From assembly GCA_022706785.1 (NCBI GenBank), contig JAKJBW010000008.1, forward strand, positions 19,826 to 83,825: 64,000 bases of DNA. The letters are read 5' to 3'. Made by a program: the position numbers and the translations under genes. The stretch is from Bacillota bacterium. GTDB lineage: Bacteria; Bacillota; Clostridia; UBA1381; UMGS1253. The notes below the pieces were generated by a model. That model was given only the letters and a program-made list of their open reading frames with translations. It had not been told where the DNA came from and searched no databases. The stretch's first letter is position 1, and each line of letters opens with the position of its first letter. This document shows positions 1-9,812 of this stretch, in pieces.

Positions 1-921
1 GTCATTGACGGGCCTTGCGATACCCTGTGTGATCGGACCGTAGGCTTCTGCCTTGGCCAGACGCTGTGTGAGCTTGTAGGCGATATTGCCGCAATCAAGG
101 TTAGGGAACACAAGCACGTTTGCCTTACCCGCGACAGCGGAACCGGGAGCCTTTGAAGCGCCGATGGCAGGTACAATAGCCGCGTCTGCCTGCAGCTCAC
201 CGTCTAACGCTATATCAGGGCGCTTTTCCTTGGCAAGCTTTGTTGCCAGCTGCATTTTGTCTACCAGTTCGCTTTTGGCGCTGCCGTAAGTCGAATAGGA
301 CATCATGGCGACAACAGGATCGGCCTCAACCAGATCTTTAAACGATTTTGCAGAAGAGATTGCGATCTCGCTGACCGCATCGGCGTCGGGGTTTTCATTG
401 AGGCCCGAATCGGCATAGACGAAGGTGCCGTTATGGCCGTATTCGCAGTCGGGAACCACCATCACAAAAAAAGCGGAAACCAATTTGGTTCCGGGTGCGG
501 TTTTAAGTATCTGCAAACAGGGACGCAGCACGTCCGAGGTAGCGTGTACAGCGCCGGCGACCATGCCGTCAGCCAAACCTTCCTTTATCATCATAACGCC
601 GTAGCACAGCACATCCTTTACTGTGTCGGCGGCACATTCGGGGGTCATGCCCTTTGCCTTTCTGAGTTCACACAGTTTGCCTGCAAAGTCTGCGCTGTTT
701 GGTGCCGCAGCAGGGTCGATAATGGTTGCTTTTGAGATATCAAGCCCCTCTGCCAAAGCCTTGATCTTTTCTGCGTTGCCCAGAAGGATGATGTTTGCTA
801 TGCCTTCTTTTAAAATCATGTCGGCAGCCTGAATAGTACGCAGCTCTTCTCCTTCCGCCAGAACGATGGTCTTTTTGTCCACTCTGGCTCTTTCTTTAAT
901 TCTTTCCAGGAACCTGCTCAT
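1..921 (-). CDS. pta: phosphate acetyltransferase; the C-terminal end runs off the window edge
   Basis: Absent from the ORF track because no stop lies in the window. Reverse translation from the ATG at 921 reads MSRFLERIKERARVDKKTIVLAEGEELRTIQAADMILKEGIANIILLGN...NLDCGNIAYKLTQRLAKAEAYGPITQGIARPVND, which is typical of the Pta family. A GGAGG sits 7 nt upstream of the ATG. Confidence 0.9.
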   Translation of the reverse strand, partial: MSRFLERIKERARVDKKTIVLAEGEELRTIQAADMILKEGIANIILLGNAEKIKALAEGLDISKATIIDPAAAPNSADFAGKLCELRKAKGMTPECAADTVKDVLCYGVMMIKEGLADGMVAGAVHATSDVLRPCLQILKTAPGTKLVSAFFVMVVPDCEYGHNGTFVYADSGLNENPDADAVSEIAISSAKSFKDLVEADPVVAMMSYSTYGSAKSELVDKMQLATKLAKEKRPDIALDGELQADAAIVPAIGASKAPGSAVAGKANVLVFPNLDCGNIAYKLTQRLAKAEAYGPITQGIARPVND

Positions 922-1070
922 TTCTATGCCTCCGTTTTATATGAATGGTAAAGTGTTAAAATACGCATAAATAGTATATAGCATTTTCGCAAACATTACA
1001 ATAGCGTTTTAGCAGAAAATGTGATATTATAAGAATTATTGTGATTAGGGCAACCAAGGGGGAGAAGCGG

Positions 1071-2267
1071 ATGAAGGCTGTGGGAATTGTGGCTGAATAC
1101 AACCCTTTCCATAACGGTCATGCTTATCATATAAAGATGGCAAAGGAGCAGACAGGTACGGACACCGCCGTCTGCGTCATGAGCGGCAATTTTGTGCAGC
1201 GCGGCAGCCCGGCTATTGCCGGCAAATGGATGCGGACGCGTATGGCGCTTGCGGGCGGAGCGGATCTGGTGCTGGAGCTGCCGTGCTATTTTGCCATGAA
1301 TACCGCCGAGATATTTGCCTATGGCGGTGTTGCTACGCTGGATGCGTTGGGCTGCGTGGACTACTTGTGCTTTGGGGCGGAAAGCGGGGACTTGTCGGTG
1401 CTTTCCAAAACTGCACAGCTTTTGAAAAATGAACCGCAAGAATTGTCGATTGCGATTCAGCAGCGGTTGGATGCTGGAGAAGGGTATCCTTGCGCGCGTG
1501 CGTCCGCGCTTGAGCAGATTTGTGCCATACCGCAAGCGGTTACGCAGCAGCCAAACAATATCCTGGGCATTGAATACCTAAGAAGCCTTGACAGGCTGGG
1601 CTCTGCTATGAAGCCTTTTGCCGTGCAGCGATATAAAACGAATTATCACGATATAACGCCTTGTGGGGATATCGCATCCGCAGCGGCAATACGCCAAATG
1701 ATGCGGCAAGGGGACGATATTTGCCGCTATCTTCCCGATAAAACGGCGCAAATTTGGGATGGGGCGCAAAAGGACGGTGTGGCGCCAGTGTGGGCAGAAG
1801 CGCTCGGCAGTGCGGTGCTGGTCTGCCTGCGTTCGTTGGGCGCCGGGGGTCTGGCAAAGATTAATGATGTGGCGGAAGGCTTGGAATATCGTATTTATGA
1901 CGCCGCCATGCAGGCATCCTCGATCAGCGGGGCGATTGATGCCGCGGTGAGCAAGCGCTACACAAGGGCGCGCATCGCGCGGATTGTGTGGTCTGCTTTT
2001 TTGGGCATACAAAAGCCGCCGCTGCCGGTTGCGCCCGCCTACATCCGCGTGCTTGGCATGAACAGCAAGGGCAAAGCCTTGCTGGCGCAGGCCAAAACCA
2101 CGGCCACACTGCCTGTGATTGTGAAGCCGGCAGATTATGACAATCAGAATGACGCGCTTTTTCGGCTGGATGTGCTGGCCACGGATTTATACAGCCTTGC
2201 TTATGCCAACCCCGAAAAGCGTGTGGGTAGGGCAGACTATACCACGTCGCCTGTGGTGATGGATTAA
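1071..2267 (+). CDS. tmcAL: tRNA(Met) cytidine acetate ligase (YlbM/UPF0348 nucleotidyltransferase)
   Basis: The ORF-track protein contains MKAVGIVAEYNPFHNGHAYHIKMAKE, the hallmark N-terminus of TmcAL. The start was moved from GTG 1041 to ATG 1071, which follows AAGGGGGAG. Confidence 0.85.
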   Translation: MKAVGIVAEYNPFHNGHAYHIKMAKEQTGTDTAVCVMSGNFVQRGSPAIAGKWMRTRMALAGGADLVLELPCYFAMNTAEIFAYGGVATLDALGCVDYLCFGAESGDLSVLSKTAQLLKNEPQELSIAIQQRLDAGEGYPCARASALEQICAIPQAVTQQPNNILGIEYLRSLDRLGSAMKPFAVQRYKTNYHDITPCGDIASAAAIRQMMRQGDDICRYLPDKTAQIWDGAQKDGVAPVWAEALGSAVLVCLRSLGAGGLAKINDVAEGLEYRIYDAAMQASSISGAIDAAVSKRYTRARIARIVWSAFLGIQKPPLPVAPAYIRVLGMNSKGKALLAQAKTTATLPVIVKPADYDNQNDALFRLDVLATDLYSLAYANPEKRVGRADYTTSPVVMD

Positions 2268-2276
2268 CATTAATAA

Positions 2277-2318
2277 AGTACAGCCAAAAGAAAAAAATTC
2301 TTTTGGCTGTACTTTTTT
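2277..2318. terminator. bidirectional intrinsic terminator between convergent tmcAL and gpsA
   Basis: A perfect 14-bp stem, AGTACAGCCAAAAG (2277-2290) / CTTTTGGCTGTACT (2300-2313), is followed by TTTTT on the plus strand and by a T-containing tract on the minus strand. Confidence 0.8.
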
Positions 2319-2340
2319 GATATTATTAACCGGATTGATA

Positions 2341-3354
2341 TTATTTGCCTTTTAAAATTTCTTCCTCCGATTCGTGCCGCTTAGCGCGTCCCATCAGCTC
2401 GCCGATGGAATCTTTGACGGGCAGGCCTTCATACAGCACACGGTAGGTGCATTCTGTGATAGGCATGGCAATGCCATACGCCTTTGCAAGCTTGTGTGCG
2501 GCGGCACAGGTGTTTACGCCTTCCACCACCATCTGCACTTCGTCGAGCGCCTGTGCAAGCGTCCTGCCCTGGCCGATCAGAATCCCCGCCCTGCGGTTTC
2601 GGCTGTGGCGGCTCATGCAGGTCACAATCAGATCGCCGATTCCCGTGAGGCCGGAAAACGTTTCCTGCTTTGCGCCCATCGCTATGCCCAGGCGTGAGAT
2701 CTCGGCGATTCCCCTTGTCATCAGTGCGGCGCTTGTGTTGTCGCCGCAGCCAAGGCCGACAGCAATACCCGCACCCAACGCGATAACATTTTTGAGCGCG
2801 CCGCCAAGCTCTACGCCCATAATATCGTTTGAGGTGTATACTCTGAAACTGGGATGCATGAAAACGTCCTGAATATACCGGGCGTCTTCTATATTGTTTG
2901 CCGCTACAACGTTTGCTGTGGGTACGCCTCTGCCCACCTCCTCGGCGTGCGACGGGCCGCTCATGACTGCAAGCCTTGCCTGTGGTATTTCTGAGCCTAT
3001 CACCTGGGAAAGCCGAAAAAGGGAATCTGCCTCCAGCCCTTTTGAAATGTTTAAAATGAGCTGACCATCCAAAATAAATTCCGCCATCTGTTTGGCAACG
3101 CTTCGCACCGCATGGGACGGCGTAGCGTTGATGATAAGCTCTGCGCCACTGATGCATTTTTTCATATCCGATGAACAATCTATGTTCTCAGGCAGCTTAA
3201 TACCCGGTAAAAGCTTAACATTTTCACGGTCCCGGCGCAAGGCCTTGCTTTCCTCCTCACACCACGACCACAAAGAAACATCGTAATCTTTGGAAGCTAG
3301 CAAAGACGCGACCGCGGTGCCCCAGCCTCCGGAACCGATAACGGCAATTTTCAT
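2341..3354 (-). CDS. gpsA: NAD(P)H-dependent glycerol-3-phosphate dehydrogenase
   Basis: MKIAVIGSGGWGTAVASLLA is a Rossmann N-terminus, and the full length resembles GpsA. The start was trimmed to ATG 3354, preceded by GGAGGA. Confidence 0.93.
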   Translation of the reverse strand: MKIAVIGSGGWGTAVASLLASKDYDVSLWSWCEEESKALRRDRENVKLLPGIKLPENIDCSSDMKKCISGAELIINATPSHAVRSVAKQMAEFILDGQLILNISKGLEADSLFRLSQVIGSEIPQARLAVMSGPSHAEEVGRGVPTANVVAANNIEDARYIQDVFMHPSFRVYTSNDIMGVELGGALKNVIALGAGIAVGLGCGDNTSAALMTRGIAEISRLGIAMGAKQETFSGLTGIGDLIVTCMSRHSRNRRAGILIGQGRTLAQALDEVQMVVEGVNTCAAAHKLAKAYGIAMPITECTYRVLYEGLPVKDSIGELMGRAKRHESEEEILKGK

Positions 3355-3387
3355 CTTGATTTGTCCTCCTGTCAAGCGTATTTTGGA

Positions 3388-4152
3388 TTATTCACTGTCT
3401 GTGTTTTTCTCATCCTGCACTTTGCTTTTCTGCCCGATTTTGTGCTCGGTGCCTTTAAGCAGACGCTTTATATTGGCTTTATGGCGGTAGATGGCCGCCC
3501 CGCCCAGAATGAGGGAAGTGGCAAACATAATCACATTGTTTTGCTTATCCACGCCGAAGGTAAAAATAGCGACACAGACAGGGTATATAACGCCTGCAAT
3601 GACGGAGCCCAGCGACACATACCGCGTCGCAGCCATAATTAAAAGCGCAACTGCAAGGGTGATGAGCCCTGCGCGCCAGTCCAGCATGATAATGACCGCC
3701 GCGGAGGTGGCGATTCCCTTACCGCCGCGAAAACCGAAAAACACAGGGTAGTTGTGCCCCAGCACAACGGCAATGCCCGCAAGATATTTGATGGAGAGCA
3801 GGGCATACCAGCAAAGCAGTGTGGCAGAAATTCCTGATCCAATGAATCCCATACTCACCGCCCATCCGGCGCCGAACAGCCACGCGCGCAGCAGATGTTC
3901 TGCGAGCATGCCAAGCCCAACGGCGATCACGCCCTTTAAAACATCACCCACAAGCGCCAGAGCCCCCATGCGTTTGCCATAGGTGCGCAGCATATTGGTG
4001 GCGCCCGCGTTACCGCTGCCGTGCTCACGGATATCCGCGCCCAAAAACCGTGAAATAATGATGGAAGAATTCACACTCCCGATCAAATAGCTTACAATTG
4101 CCGTTCCGATCAAAACAACCCAAATCCAAACCTGCATCAAAGGTGTCAGCAT
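3388..4152 (-). CDS. plsY: glycerol-3-phosphate acyltransferase PlsY, with a charged C-terminal tail
   Basis: A polytopic membrane protein containing GSGNAGATN and FRGGKGIATS motifs. It sits in the conserved der-plsY-gpsA arrangement. Confidence 0.9.
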   Translation of the reverse strand: MLTPLMQVWIWVVLIGTAIVSYLIGSVNSSIIISRFLGADIREHGSGNAGATNMLRTYGKRMGALALVGDVLKGVIAVGLGMLAEHLLRAWLFGAGWAVSMGFIGSGISATLLCWYALLSIKYLAGIAVVLGHNYPVFFGFRGGKGIATSAAVIIMLDWRAGLITLAVALLIMAATRYVSLGSVIAGVIYPVCVAIFTFGVDKQNNVIMFATSLILGGAAIYRHKANIKRLLKGTEHKIGQKSKVQDEKNTDSE

Positions 4153-4164
4153 TGTTATTTCCTC

Positions 4165-5490
4165 CTATTTTTTCTCGCCCCGCTCACGAATGATCAGACG
4201 GACAGGTGTTCCTTCAAAGCCAAAGGCTTCGCGCAGTTGGTTTTCAATATAACGCTGGTAAGAAAAATGAAAAAGCTCAGCGTTGTTCACAAAAATCACA
4301 AAAGTAGGCGGCTTGGCGCTGGGCTGTGTGGCATAGTATATCTTGAGGCGTTTGCCCTTGTCTGTGGGCGGCTGGACCCTGCTTGTCGCTTCGCCGATCA
4401 CATCGTTTAAAAGCCCTGTGGGAATACGCTTGGCATTTTGCTCGTTTACCTTCAAAATAAGCTCAAACAGCTTATCCACACGCTGGCCTGTTTTAGCTGA
4501 GATAAAATGGATAGGCGCGTACATCATAAAGGACAGCACTTCCATGACGTCTTTTTTATAGTTATTCATAGTGTTGGTTTCTTTTTCGACCAGATCCCAT
4601 TTGTTCACCACAACGACGGAAGCTTTGCCGCTTTCGTGCACAAAGCCCGCTATTTTCGCATCCTGCTCAGTAATGCCCTCAGCGCCGTCGATCATAATGA
4701 TGCACACGTCGCTTCGCTCCACGGCGGCAAACGCGCGAATCACGCTGTAACGCTCCACAGACTCATCCACCTTGGATTTGCGCCTGATGCCGGCGGTATC
4801 AATAAAGATATACTTCTTGCCGTCACACTCAAAATACGTGTCCACAGCATCGCGTGTGGTGCCCGCGACATCACTGACGATCACGCGGTTTTCGCCCAAA
4901 ATGCGGTTGATCAGCGAGGACTTTCCGGAATTGGGCTTGCCAACGACCGCGACTTTAATGATATCTTCATCTTCCGCGTCCTGGTCAGCCGGAGGAAAGA
5001 ACTTTGCCGCTTCGTCCAAAAGATCGCCCACGCCAAGCCCGTGCGTGGAAGAAATGGCAATGGGGTCACCGAGGCCGAGGTTGTAGAATTCATAAAAATC
5101 CATGGGCACGCTGCCGGTGTTGTCCACCTTATTGACAGCCAAAATCACAGGCTTGCCGGATTTCATCAGGATGGTAGCCACGTCCTTGTCTGCCGCGGTC
5201 AGTCCATCCCGTACGTTGACCATAAAAATCACAACGTGCGCCATTTCAATGGCAAGCTGTGCCTGCGCGCGCATTTGGACCAGAATTTCATCGTCAGCTC
5301 TGGGCTCAATACCGCCTGTGTCGATTAGAATAAATTCACGCCCCAGCCACTCCGCGTCGGCAAACACACGGTCACGCGTGACGCCGGGTGTGTCGTCCAC
5401 AATACTGATGCGTGTGCCTGCAATTTTATTAAATAAGGTGGATTTGCCCACATTCGGGCGTCCCACCACTGCTACCATAGGCTTTGCCAT
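4165..5490 (-). CDS. der: ribosome-biogenesis GTPase Der (EngA)
   Basis: Two tandem GTPase domains (GRPNVGKST and GKPNSGKSS P-loops) plus a KH-like C-terminus. An AAAGGAGG RBS is present. Confidence 0.95.
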   Translation of the reverse strand: MAKPMVAVVGRPNVGKSTLFNKIAGTRISIVDDTPGVTRDRVFADAEWLGREFILIDTGGIEPRADDEILVQMRAQAQLAIEMAHVVIFMVNVRDGLTAADKDVATILMKSGKPVILAVNKVDNTGSVPMDFYEFYNLGLGDPIAISSTHGLGVGDLLDEAAKFFPPADQDAEDEDIIKVAVVGKPNSGKSSLINRILGENRVIVSDVAGTTRDAVDTYFECDGKKYIFIDTAGIRRKSKVDESVERYSVIRAFAAVERSDVCIIMIDGAEGITEQDAKIAGFVHESGKASVVVVNKWDLVEKETNTMNNYKKDVMEVLSFMMYAPIHFISAKTGQRVDKLFELILKVNEQNAKRIPTGLLNDVIGEATSRVQPPTDKGKRLKIYYATQPSAKPPTFVIFVNNAELFHFSYQRYIENQLREAFGFEGTPVRLIIRERGEKK

Positions 5491-5536
5491 TAGCGTTCCT
5501 CCTTTGTAAAGGCCGGTTGCTTTACAGAATATGTCT

Positions 5537-6859
5537 TTAAAACCTTGTCTCAGTACTGATGCCTAAGAGCTTTTGGGTAAAGTCATATCCGTTGTTGTCT
5601 ACCGGTATAATTTTGATATTCAAGGCTTTTTGCAGCCCGTCTAACGTCATGTCGTCCAAAAAAACAGCTTCGCCGCTGCGCAGCATGCAGGAGGGGATAA
5701 ACAGTGCTTCGCCCAAATCCCTGCCCGACAGCTGCGTTACAATATCGCGGCCGCACACAAGGCCGCTCACGGTGACGCCGCCGCCGAAAAAATCGTTTTT
5801 GACGGCGTAGACATTGGCGTGAAATCCTTTGCAGCGCTTAGAAAGCCGCGCGCAAAGTCCATTAATAAAAGGATATGCAAGCTCGCCTGTTGCTATGCTG
5901 ATATACCTGGAAACGTTGCCACAAGGCAGGTCTTCAAGCGAATCGTCAAATTCGGCTTGCATGCTTGCAATCAGCCCCACGCCGTTTTCAATCTGCGGAA
6001 AGCCTTCGTAGCTTTCGTGCGGCGGAATAGAACGCTGCGCTAAAAGGTAAAATTCATCGGCAAGGTATACAACGCGGCTGCCGCAGCGCCCCAGCAGCTT
6101 GTCCTGCCAGCTTTCCACCTGCTCCACCACTGCTATGGCAGACTGCGTATCATAAGGCGTCAGCGCAAACAGTCCGTCTCTGTGCGCGGTCAGGCCGACA
6201 GGCACGACAGATACACTGTTTACGGCAGGATACAGCCTTGCAAGGTCGCCGATGGTGCAGTCCAGCTCTGCGCCGTCGTTGATGCCGCGGCAAAGCACAA
6301 TCTGGCAGTTTAGCGTAATACCGTTTTGGGAAAGCTGCCGCATGACGTCATAAGCCTTGCCCGCGCACCGGTTGCCAAGCATTTTGATCCTGAGCGCAGG
6401 ATTGGTGGTGTGCACCGACACATTGACGGGCGAAATACGCATGCGTATGATACGGCCTATATCGTCGTCTGAAAGGTTTGTCAGTGTGATATAGTTGCCC
6501 TGCAAAAAGGACAGCCTTGCGTCGTCGTCTTTAAAATACACTGTCTTGCGCATGCCCTTGGGCAGCTGGTCGATAAAACAAAAAATGCACTTATTGCGGC
6601 AGCGCTTGGGGGTATCCATCAGCGCATCCTCAAATTCTATGCCAAGGTCCTCATAGTCTGTGCACACGTCGATCACTTCAACGCTTCCGTCCGCTTTTAA
6701 AACCTCGACTGTAAGCGCTTCGTCTGCTGTCAGATATTTATAATCCAAAATATCGGCGATAGGCGAACCGTTTATTTTTAAAATTTGATCGCCGCCCTCA
6801 AGCCCCATTTCGCTTGCGATACTGCCTGCGGCAATTGACTTGATGCGTGAATGTGCCAT
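5537..6859 (-). CDS. DUF512 radical-SAM-like protein with an N-terminal PDZ domain
   Basis: Contains a CRNKCIFC (Cx3Cx2C) cluster motif and a PDZ-like N-terminus (GLEGGDQILKINGSPI). It lies immediately upstream of der, as in many Clostridia. The start was trimmed to ATG 6859 (MAHSRIKS). Confidence 0.8.
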   Translation of the reverse strand: MAHSRIKSIAAGSIASEMGLEGGDQILKINGSPIADILDYKYLTADEALTVEVLKADGSVEVIDVCTDYEDLGIEFEDALMDTPKRCRNKCIFCFIDQLPKGMRKTVYFKDDDARLSFLQGNYITLTNLSDDDIGRIIRMRISPVNVSVHTTNPALRIKMLGNRCAGKAYDVMRQLSQNGITLNCQIVLCRGINDGAELDCTIGDLARLYPAVNSVSVVPVGLTAHRDGLFALTPYDTQSAIAVVEQVESWQDKLLGRCGSRVVYLADEFYLLAQRSIPPHESYEGFPQIENGVGLIASMQAEFDDSLEDLPCGNVSRYISIATGELAYPFINGLCARLSKRCKGFHANVYAVKNDFFGGGVTVSGLVCGRDIVTQLSGRDLGEALFIPSCMLRSGEAVFLDDMTLDGLQKALNIKIIPVDNNGYDFTQKLLGISTETRF

Positions 6860-7092
6860 AGCTTTTGACCTTTCTGCCCGGGATTGGTTTATACACTTGG
6901 TATGCGACATATCCTGATTGTATATTATCCCTTACTTTGCGCGAATAGTCAAGGCTTTTTGCCGGGTGGTTTGCTCCTTTAAAATACACTGTGTTAAAAT
7001 ATCGTGAATTTGTCTTTTCATGGCAAAGCTTTTGTGCTATAATGCAAACGGCGGCTTTACCGGCCAATCAATTTATACAAGGGTGTGGGACC

Positions 7093-7761
7093 ATGCTTTC
7101 AGAAGCAAAAAGAGAGTTTATCAAATTTATGATGGATTCAGATGTGCTTAAGTTCGGCGAATTTATGACGAAAAGCGGGCGGCTTTCGCCTTATTTTGTC
7201 AATACAGGCAACTATAAAACAGGCGCGCAAATAGCAAAGCTGGGCGGTTTTTATGCGCAGTGCATCCAAAGCTCATGCGGCGATAATTTCGACGCAATGT
7301 TTGGTCCGGCGTATAAAGGCATTGCGTTGGCTGTCGCGGTGGCAAGCGCGTTGGCGTGCGATTTTAACATTGACAAGCCCTATTTTTTCAACCGCAAAGA
7401 GGCCAAAGACCATGGTGAAGGCGGGAATCTGGTGGGCTATCAGCCGGCAAACGGTGACAGGGTCATCATTGTGGAAGATGTGATCACTGCGGGTACGGCG
7501 CTTCGTGAAACGCTGCCTATCTTAAAGGCAAGCGCAGACGTTACGGTCAAAGACATGTTTATTTCGGTGAACCGCTGCGAGGTCGGAAAAGATAAGACAA
7601 GAACGGTGGTGCAGGAGGTCAAAGAGGAATTTGACATTGATGTACATGCCATCATTACGGTAGAGGATATCTACGATTTTCTGAGTGAAACAGGCGAATA
7701 TGGACAGATCTTGACAAAAATGCGGCAATACATGGACAGATACTGCATGTTATCACAGTAA
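7093..7761 (+). CDS. pyrE: orotate phosphoribosyltransferase
   Basis: Begins MLSEAKREFIKFMMDSDVLKFGEF and carries the PRPP-binding motif VIIVEDVITAGTA. The start was trimmed to ATG 7093. An extended -10, TGCTATAAT, lies at 7035-7043. Confidence 0.9.
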   Translation: MLSEAKREFIKFMMDSDVLKFGEFMTKSGRLSPYFVNTGNYKTGAQIAKLGGFYAQCIQSSCGDNFDAMFGPAYKGIALAVAVASALACDFNIDKPYFFNRKEAKDHGEGGNLVGYQPANGDRVIIVEDVITAGTALRETLPILKASADVTVKDMFISVNRCEVGKDKTRTVVQEVKEEFDIDVHAIITVEDIYDFLSETGEYGQILTKMRQYMDRYCMLSQ

Positions 7762-7812
7762 AATGGATATAAGTACGATTAGAACTATCTTTGAGTAAAA
7801 GGGGTGATGCTC

Positions 7813-8598
7813 ATGACGCTGTTGGACCCAAACCTGCAATATCATTTAAACGTCAGAGCGGACGATGTGGGCAAATATGTGATTTTGCCTGGCGATCCCG
7901 GCAGAGTACCGCTCATCGCAAATTATCTTGACAAAGCCGTACCGGTTGCCTCCAATCGTGAATACACCACATACACAGGATATCTGGCAGGGGAGAAGGT
8001 CAGCGTTGTGTCCACCGGAATCGGCGGGCCTTCCGCTGCGATTGCGCTTGAAGAGCTTGTAAAGTGCGGCGCACACACCTTTATCCGCGTCGGCACAAGC
8101 GGCGGCATTGATTTAAAGGTATCGGGAGGCGACCTGGTGGTGGCTTGCGCATCGGTAAGGGCGGAGGGCACAAGCCATGAATACCTGCCGGCGGGCTATC
8201 CTGCTGTGGCGGATTTTGCGGTAACGTCCGCGCTTGCAAAAACGGCGGCGCAGCTCTCAGAGAATGCCGACGGCCACCGTTATCATATTGGGGTTGTGCA
8301 GAGCAAGGATTCCTTCTATGGCGAAGCCGATCCGCAGACCATGCCTGTAGCACAGTGCCTCACCGAGCGGTGGGATGCGTATGTGCGGTGCGGATGCCTT
8401 GCTTCCGAGATGGAAACCGCCGCGCTGTTCAGTGTTGGTATCACACGAGGCGTGCGTGTTGGCGCGGTGCTGACCGCTTTGTGGAATGTGGAGCGCGCAA
8501 AGGCCGGGCTAGCCGATCTTGTGTGCAAAAGCAGTGACAGGGCGATCCGCTGTGCTGTTGGCGCTATTCGCGAACTGATTGACCGCATGGACGCTTAA
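7813..8598 (+). CDS. PNP/UDP-family nucleoside (uridine-type) phosphorylase
   Basis: Contains VILPGDPGRVPLIANYLD, STGIGGPSAAIALEEL and EMETAALF, which are typical of PNP_UDP_1 housekeeping enzymes. The start is ambiguous (GTG 7804, ATG 7807 or ATG 7813); 7813 has the best spacing from AAAGGGG. Confidence 0.8.
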   Translation: MTLLDPNLQYHLNVRADDVGKYVILPGDPGRVPLIANYLDKAVPVASNREYTTYTGYLAGEKVSVVSTGIGGPSAAIALEELVKCGAHTFIRVGTSGGIDLKVSGGDLVVACASVRAEGTSHEYLPAGYPAVADFAVTSALAKTAAQLSENADGHRYHIGVVQSKDSFYGEADPQTMPVAQCLTERWDAYVRCGCLASEMETAALFSVGITRGVRVGAVLTALWNVERAKAGLADLVCKSSDRAIRCAVGAIRELIDRMDA

Positions 8599-9561
8599 CA
8601 GCTTACGGCATATTTTAGGCAGGACACCATTTTCCATGTTTTCGTTGACAAGGTTTTTTCCCAAAATGAGAAGCTCATTAATGTTTTCGGGGCTTGCATT
8701 GTCCATTTCATCCTTTCCGAATTCGACAAGGCTTACCTGGAGGCGGTCGTAGCACCCCTTTGGCATGACCTGACCCAGCTGGTATTCGGTGGTATCGTTT
8801 ACACCGTCCATACAGATGTCAAACAGGGGCTGCGCCCATCCCAGCAGTCCCCATTTTTTTGCGTCTTCATGGCGGATGCTTCGCGTTTGCTGCCCTGTTC
8901 CAAGCGAGACGAGCATAATGTCGCTTTCCTCACCGTAAACGGCCTTTGCCTCGGAGTAGGCGCACATAGCGGGATTGTTGGCGTATACGCCGCCGTCTAT
9001 CAGTGAGTAATATTCATTTTTCACACCGCTTTTCAGCTTGTATGGCCTAAAGTATGTAGGCGCGGCGCTGGCCGCCCTTGCGGTTTCCCACATGGTGAAG
9101 TCGTAGCCGTTATGCCTGGGGCTTTTGGCAAGCCGGCTTCTGAAAAAGAATGGCGTGCGCATATGAAGCTCATAGGCGGTCACCAATACGTCCGTAAGCG
9201 ATTGGGAAAGCATGGTTTTGCCAAAATATTGCTGCAGGACCGATTCTACGGCGCCCGCGTTGTACTTTGCGTCCCTCAGGCCGTTTAGGGTGCGTATTTT
9301 GTAACACAAATCCTTTTGAAAAATGATTTTTCCTTCTTGGGCATAAAACGATATCAGATCCTCAGCCGAAAACTGGGGCGTATGCCCACCTTGCGAAGGC
9401 TTTGAAAGCGCCAGCGCCAAAATTGCGCCTGTGGAGGTTCCGGCAATCAGGTCAAACAGGGCGCATATCGGTTTTCGCGTCAGCTCCTCAACTTTTGCAA
9501 GTACCATAGCAGGGATAATCCCGCGGATTCCGCCGCCGTCGATTGATAAAATCCGATACAT
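8509..9561 (-). CDS. patatin-like phospholipase (CapV-like size and motifs)
   Basis: MYRILSIDGGGIRGIIPAMVL is the oxyanion-hole GGGxRG motif, GTSTG is the nucleophile elbow, and DGGVYANNP is the catalytic Asp motif. The last 30 codons are antisense to the 3' end of the phosphorylase gene. Confidence 0.88.
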   Translation of the reverse strand: MYRILSIDGGGIRGIIPAMVLAKVEELTRKPICALFDLIAGTSTGAILALALSKPSQGGHTPQFSAEDLISFYAQEGKIIFQKDLCYKIRTLNGLRDAKYNAGAVESVLQQYFGKTMLSQSLTDVLVTAYELHMRTPFFFRSRLAKSPRHNGYDFTMWETARAASAAPTYFRPYKLKSGVKNEYYSLIDGGVYANNPAMCAYSEAKAVYGEESDIMLVSLGTGQQTRSIRHEDAKKWGLLGWAQPLFDICMDGVNDTTEYQLGQVMPKGCYDRLQVSLVEFGKDEMDNASPENINELLILGKNLVNENMENGVLPKICRKLLSVHAVNQFANSANSTADRPVTAFAHKIG

Positions 9562-9671
9562 TTTGCCTCAACTCCGTCATGATATTTTTGCTTCTGCCAT
9601 CATGCTTTCGGCAGAAGTGGTCTGCTTTATTCTATATGCCTATGACGCTGCAACAGAAATATGCTGAAAAT

Positions 9672-9707
9672 TAAAAAACCGGCCGAAAAGCTTAATGCTT
9701 ATCGGCT
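9672..9707 (-). terminator. intrinsic terminator downstream of the AraC-family gene
   Basis: On the minus strand, GCCGATAAGC-ATTAA-GCTTTTCGGC forms a 10-bp stem with one mismatch, followed by CGGTTTTTT. Confidence 0.6.
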
Positions 9708-9812
9708 TTTTCTCATAATACAGAAAATTGTGTAAGCAATTGATGCATATTTCAAAAAAAGTTTACCTATAAAGCTTACATTCGCAGGTGCAGTCAATTT
9801 TACTTGACTTTT

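Noticed and set aside
4472-4480. A perfect DnaA box, TTATCCACA, considered together with the minus-to-plus gene-orientation switch at 23.5-23.8 kb as a possible replication origin.
   Set aside because: It is a single box inside the der coding sequence. The 23.5-23.8 kb divergent region has no DnaA-box cluster, no AT-rich unwinding repeats and no dnaA or dnaN nearby.
4507-5328. A 273-aa plus-strand ORF antisense to der. Similar long antisense or alternate-frame ORFs occur at 2429-3178, 11587-12210, 16709-17413, 17397-18113, 18239-18826, 25393-25875, 29392-29973 and 43059-43613.
   Set aside because: Each lies fully inside a gene with unmistakable family motifs (Der, GpsA, SEDS, kinase, HemZ, oxidoreductase, ArgS, S17/L14). 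Their proteins are low-complexity and rich in R, H, C and L, they lack RBSs, and they are the usual shadow ORFs of GC-rich coding DNA.
7813-8598. The PNP/UDP-fold protein next to a patatin as a possible ATP-nucleosidase-type defence effector pair.
   Set aside because: The protein is a compact, full-length uridine/purine-phosphorylase-like enzyme with the standard housekeeping motifs and no extra sensor domain. It follows pyrE on the same strand and is convergent with, not co-transcribed with, the patatin gene.
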